64,000 nt of DNA from Balanoglossus misakiensis (taxonomy: Eukaryota; Animalia; Hemichordata). The stretch spans positions 7,551,677-7,615,676 of the forward strand of contig CM082592.2 in NCBI GenBank assembly GCA_040954595.2. Reading direction: 5' to 3'. Under the pieces are notes generated by a model, which saw only the letters and a program-made list of their open reading frames with translations, did not search any database and was not told the origin of the DNA. Position numbers and translations under genes: made by a program. Of the stretch, positions 22,810-64,000 are shown one piece after another. How positions within the stretch are numbered: position 1 is the stretch's first letter; each line of letters begins with the position of its first letter.

Positions 22810-23510
22810 CTCTTTCAAGTAAGTGCGGTAGATCCACTCTGAGTAGCTCCCTGATCCCCCGGCTCCGCTTCCTGGAAGCCCAACTCCGCCGACTGCGGTC
22901 GCTCCAGCACTGGCACCGCGGGCCTGAATTTTGAATGCTTACTGGAAGCGTCGATGGGGAAAATTCTACTTGGGGGAGTGAAATGAAAAAAATTCTTCAA
23001 GCGATCATAGGGAACTGATCATAGGAAATAAACACGTGCAATCTCTGATTTCAAAACAACTTTCTCCGAATACACTGAAGACACTTCTACTAGAAGCCCT
23101 CCAGACGAGCAATATTTCTACCTATTGCTTCGGTATTCGACTAATATCGAATAAATTTGACCTTATAATTTCATAAAATAAATATTTTCATATTGCTCAA
23201 CGCATAAATCATAAAAAATAACAACACATATAGTCGTCCATTAGTTTTACTTTGTTTATGCGGTAGAATTTATAACTTACATTGAATTGGAGAGGTAACC
23301 ATATTGTTTATATTACTGACTTAGAGGGCCCTTTCCAAAAATATCTTGTACAGGAAATTACTTTCGTGAATATGTTTGGATATTTTTTAATGCGGAACAG
23401 TTAAAACATAGTTCAATGTCTTCATTCAAACTGGTTTGACAGTATGAACATTTAGTAAACTTGTAACTGGTCAAGTTTTCGGGATTTCGACCAGTACAGT
23501 GTAATACAAC

Positions 23511-23520
23511 GTGACGTCAC
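23511..23520. promoter_or_regulatory. Palindromic CRE/ATF site in the ORAI/KDM2 divergent promoter
   Basis: GTGACGTCAC, with a second half-site TGACG at ~23550. Confidence 0.55.
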
Positions 23521-23680
23521 CACTCGCCCTTATTATGCAAAACAGATGGTGACGTGCCATTGGAGCAACACAAAAGTTGTGACCTTCTTGAACGCGCCTC
23601 TGCCATCCCCAGCAAAACGCTTGCTTTGTCTTTCACATCCATGCCTTTCCGACGTTTTTCTCATTTTTGCATACTTACTG

Positions 23681-60513
<36,833 letters not shown>

Positions 60514-62893
60514 AGTTCATTGCCGAATCACACTTTTCAATCACATCGAGTAAATTTTTGTTCTTGTTGTACATAAAAAGTTTCTGTGGTTTTGAACACA
60601 AAACTTGGGGTGTGTGTACAGACAGGGAAAAAATCTCATATTGTTTAATGTAAATTTCGAGTTCAATAAGTGCGTTTTCGTTTCTTCAATCGATCATTTT
60701 TTAGTGTGAAATGTTTTCTGTTTCCGGAATACAACATGAGACTTCCGTCTACTCTTTATATTAAACCTCCCCCGAGAATCCTTACATAGTACGACACCCC
60801 TGTTGATTTCTGTGGTTGCGTGGGCCATACCACTGAGAATCAAGGGGTGGACAAGTTAATCTTTACGGGAGAGTGTGGCTCAGTTCTTTCCTATTAGCAG
60901 TGCCTTTTTTTCAGGTGAGAGAAACAAAGGACGGGGTTTAGCTGAATCATTGTAGAGTCTGTGGTTCACCTTTTTCAAGTGTCAAAAGCAATCGTTGTTT
61001 AGTTACAAAACATTTTCAGGCAGTAACAAGTGTCATGTGTCAATGCTCATTGGACTTTGTAATAAATTGTAAAATATTTGATATTTTGAGGTTGGGAGAT
61101 GCTTGTATATAAGATGAAGTGACCTGTTGATGGGTAGCTTGTACAGGAAGACTATCAGTTTAGTCCAGTCCAGAAGCTTGCATAGTTCTTGAGTCAGTTC
61201 TAAGTTTTTCCTTCGGGTGTTGGTTGTTGAACAAAGGGGGAATTGATGTTGGTGTATTTAATAGATTGAGAGTGTGGTGTGCTGCTCTTCTGATTTTGTG
61301 TAGAGCACAACACCTTAGCCGAAATTATGCAGTACTCTCACGGAAAGGTGCAAAAATATTATTTTTTATGGCAGGGTACTGTAGTCAGGTACTTGTTATA
61401 CGCTTTCAGGAATGGTCTGGTGTGAATTGGAAAAACAGTGAGTTCCTAGGCCCCCACTCTGTCGCATTGAAATGTGATGTACCGACACTTCAGCTCATCA
61501 CAGTCTTTGGAGGCGTGTGATATATGCTTGCATGTCAACGTAATATGACAGCTTAGCCCCAATTATGCGCGAAATCTTTGCGTTTGGTGAGTTTGAAGGG
61601 GGCACTCGGGGAATGTTTCCCCCTGTCAACAGGACTGACATTAGAATATCTGCCGTGACCCCTCCGTTGATGGGGTCAGGCAGACAAGGCAATTACGTTC
61701 CCGAGAAATATGAACCCAGAAGCAGAGAGTCAACATCAAACTGGCATTGTGGGGGGAAAACTGATTCCCCAGATGGGCAAGTCAATCTATTTCTGTCTCT
61801 GACTTCTTGAGGAAGTTTTGATTGGGAGAAAAATCAGTGGGAAACTTTGTCCTGTACTGACATTTTTGGGGTACCTGAAGTCTTGCTCTTATTTACTGAG
61901 ATGACCCTTTTCTGTTGTCATAGAAACATACTTCGTTGTGTGAAGAACACTATGAAGATGCTTCCCCACTTTGAATTATTCTTTTTGTGCCTCGCTAGTT
62001 GAAAATGTTTGTTTGCAGCTGTGGAATTCATCTTTGCTTCCTTCACAAGTAAAAATGCTTCCTGTTAGATTTTGCTTTAAACTGTTTTTTTGGGGGCTCT
62101 CTGTGGTTTAAAATTGGAGAATGTTGGGGATTGGTATGAGCAAGTAATCTGTGAGGGATGGATTGGCAATGTCCCAAATCAGGAATCAAAAAACTCTGTC
62201 ACTTAATAATTGTTTCTGTTGTTTATTGTTGTTTTGACAAACATATTTGGACAAAGTTGATGTCCACACACCATTTATACAGGATGTTAGAAAACTGAAT
62301 TTATAAAAAAAGTATTTGAATATAAAAAAAAATACAAAACCTTGTTCTGTTCAGTATCTTCACAACGAATAGTCAGATATCAAGTTGTTTATAACATGAG
62401 TTGTTTTTTTCCCCGTGGTGTGGGATGATATTGATATTCTCAGCGTTTTGAAGGTCACTGTTCAACAGTCATGTTTTCCTTGTTGTTTTTCAAAATAACT
62501 CCACATTGGTTTGGTTGTGGACGAAGAAAGGAAAATGTGAAGGTTTTCCAAAGGAAGAAGTCTATGGCATGTGACAAACCTAGTGTTTTCTCAGCATGGA
62601 GTAAGCCATGTTACGTTTTCATAATTGTTTGTTCTCTTTTTTAAAGTGGTTCGTATCGTTCCCATTCACTGGATTGACAACTGCTTGGCGTCATTTTCAC
62701 CGATGCAGTGCTACTTCATATAACTGTTAATTGTCATAAGAACCACTATAACCGGCTGTTGAACTTGTTAGTTTTTGCAATAATAGTTGAAACCACTTAA
62801 AAAAACTGGAAACACCATATCTAACTACAAAACAATCAGCCACTTAACTAATTTCTTATCACATTGTTACATTTGTTATCCAAACTTCATTGC

Positions 62894-63130
62894 AATAAAT
62901 GTTTATTGTAAAATATTATTTGATTTTGGGGGTTTGGAGTTGACCAGGTTTTGTATGAAATCATGTGTAAATAGTGAGATGACCTACTTTTTTATTGTTT
63001 TTTTCCTTGTTAAAGAATTTTCTCTTTTTGCAGAATTGTAAAATTTGTAAGTGTGTTTACTGTTACAAGATACTTGTAATGATTGAGAAAAGTAAACCCA
63101 GATCAATCTTTGTTGCATGGTTTCAATAAA
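62894..63130 (+). promoter_or_regulatory. Probable KDM2 polyadenylation signals
   Basis: AATAAA at 62894 and at 63125 (the latter followed by a GT/T-rich tract), after a ~2.5 kb UTR. Confidence 0.5.
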
Positions 63131-63563
63131 TATAAGTGGGTTTGGTTTCTTTTTGAATTGAAAAATATGTGTCCCTTCTGTTTGTAAGGGAATGATTGAG
63201 AATACATGTATACGGAATGCTGTTAAATATTACAACTGTTGAGGGCGCAATCTCGATGTACATGTACTACGCACATGCATCGCGGCAGTCGGGTTTCACT
63301 TACTGCGATTGACAATATTGTAGAGGAATGTGTGCGATTTTTTTTTCTTACCCAAAAATTAATGCAGTTTTAGCGTTTTATAGAACTGTTCCCTCGGGAT
63401 TCGTACGTTTGGATTGCTTTTCTGGGATTCGGGTGATCCCACAATGCAACGGGCAGGCAGTGCGTCTTTCGCGGTCGCTTCAAAAACTACGAAGACGAAA
63501 GAACATAGGCGCTCGTCTTCACACGCTGAGTACAGGAGTTTGCTTTGGAAAATTGCTAGCAGG

Positions 63564-63638
63564 ATGAAGACTGTGGTTGCAGCCTGGCTGAACTTGGACG
63601 ACGAAGGGCTCTACATCACCAAAATTACCGTAATCACT
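63564..63638 (+). CDS. Possible first coding exon of the next gene (unidentified)
   Basis: AGGATGA start, MKTVVAAWLNLDDEGLYITKITVIT, then a GTGAGT donor, in a CpG-richer promoter-like zone. No recognisable homology. Confidence 0.25.
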
Positions 63639-64000
63639 GTGAGTACAAAAATTGTATTCGACTACTGCAAGCACGTTGTTGTATCCCCCCCCCCCCCCGA
63701 TCGCCCAGGAAGGATAAAATTCTTGTTCCTCGCCATTATTTGGCAAAGGAAAAATAGGCGCTTTTACATAGATGTGATAAAGATGTGATTTTTACAGAAA
63801 TCTTACGGCCTAAAAAGCGATAACATCTTGCAAGCGATTTTACGTCAACTTGCGTTATTTACCGTTGGGGGCGTCTTCCTCTTGTGCTTTTAAACGTACC
63901 ATAATAGGGCTATTAATTAATAAATAGGGCTATTAATATTGCCAGACATCTGCTGGTCAGTTTGTAAATGATACTTTTGAAATCTTTTATTTTAATTTTT

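Overview
Intron-rich animal genomic DNA with GT-AG introns, microsatellites and MITEs. It is probably from an invertebrate bilaterian, but the taxon cannot be fixed from sequence alone. Five genes can be assembled by hand with phase-consistent splice sites. (1) A 10-exon minus-strand membrane protein resembling the mostly bacterial DUF4239/bestrophin-like family (233-3904). (2) A 4-coding-exon plus-strand Kelch-like gene (5969-13336) whose apparently separate ORFs splice into one ~1301 aa protein with the order partial BACK-Kelch x6-BTB-BACK-Kelch x6-BTB. (3) MORN3 (minus). (4) An ORAI CRAC channel (minus) whose conserved N-terminus extends upstream of its first AUG. (5) An 18-exon KDM2 demethylase (plus, 23681-60513), head-to-head with ORAI. 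The main findings are the permuted double-propeller KLHL protein, MORN3-ORAI-KDM2 microsynteny matching human 12q24.31, candidate internal first exons for a demethylase-less KDM2 short form, the missing ORAI start codon, and a CpG-rich structured element in the 14-kb KDM2 intron. All family assignments come from remembered motifs; no searches were run.
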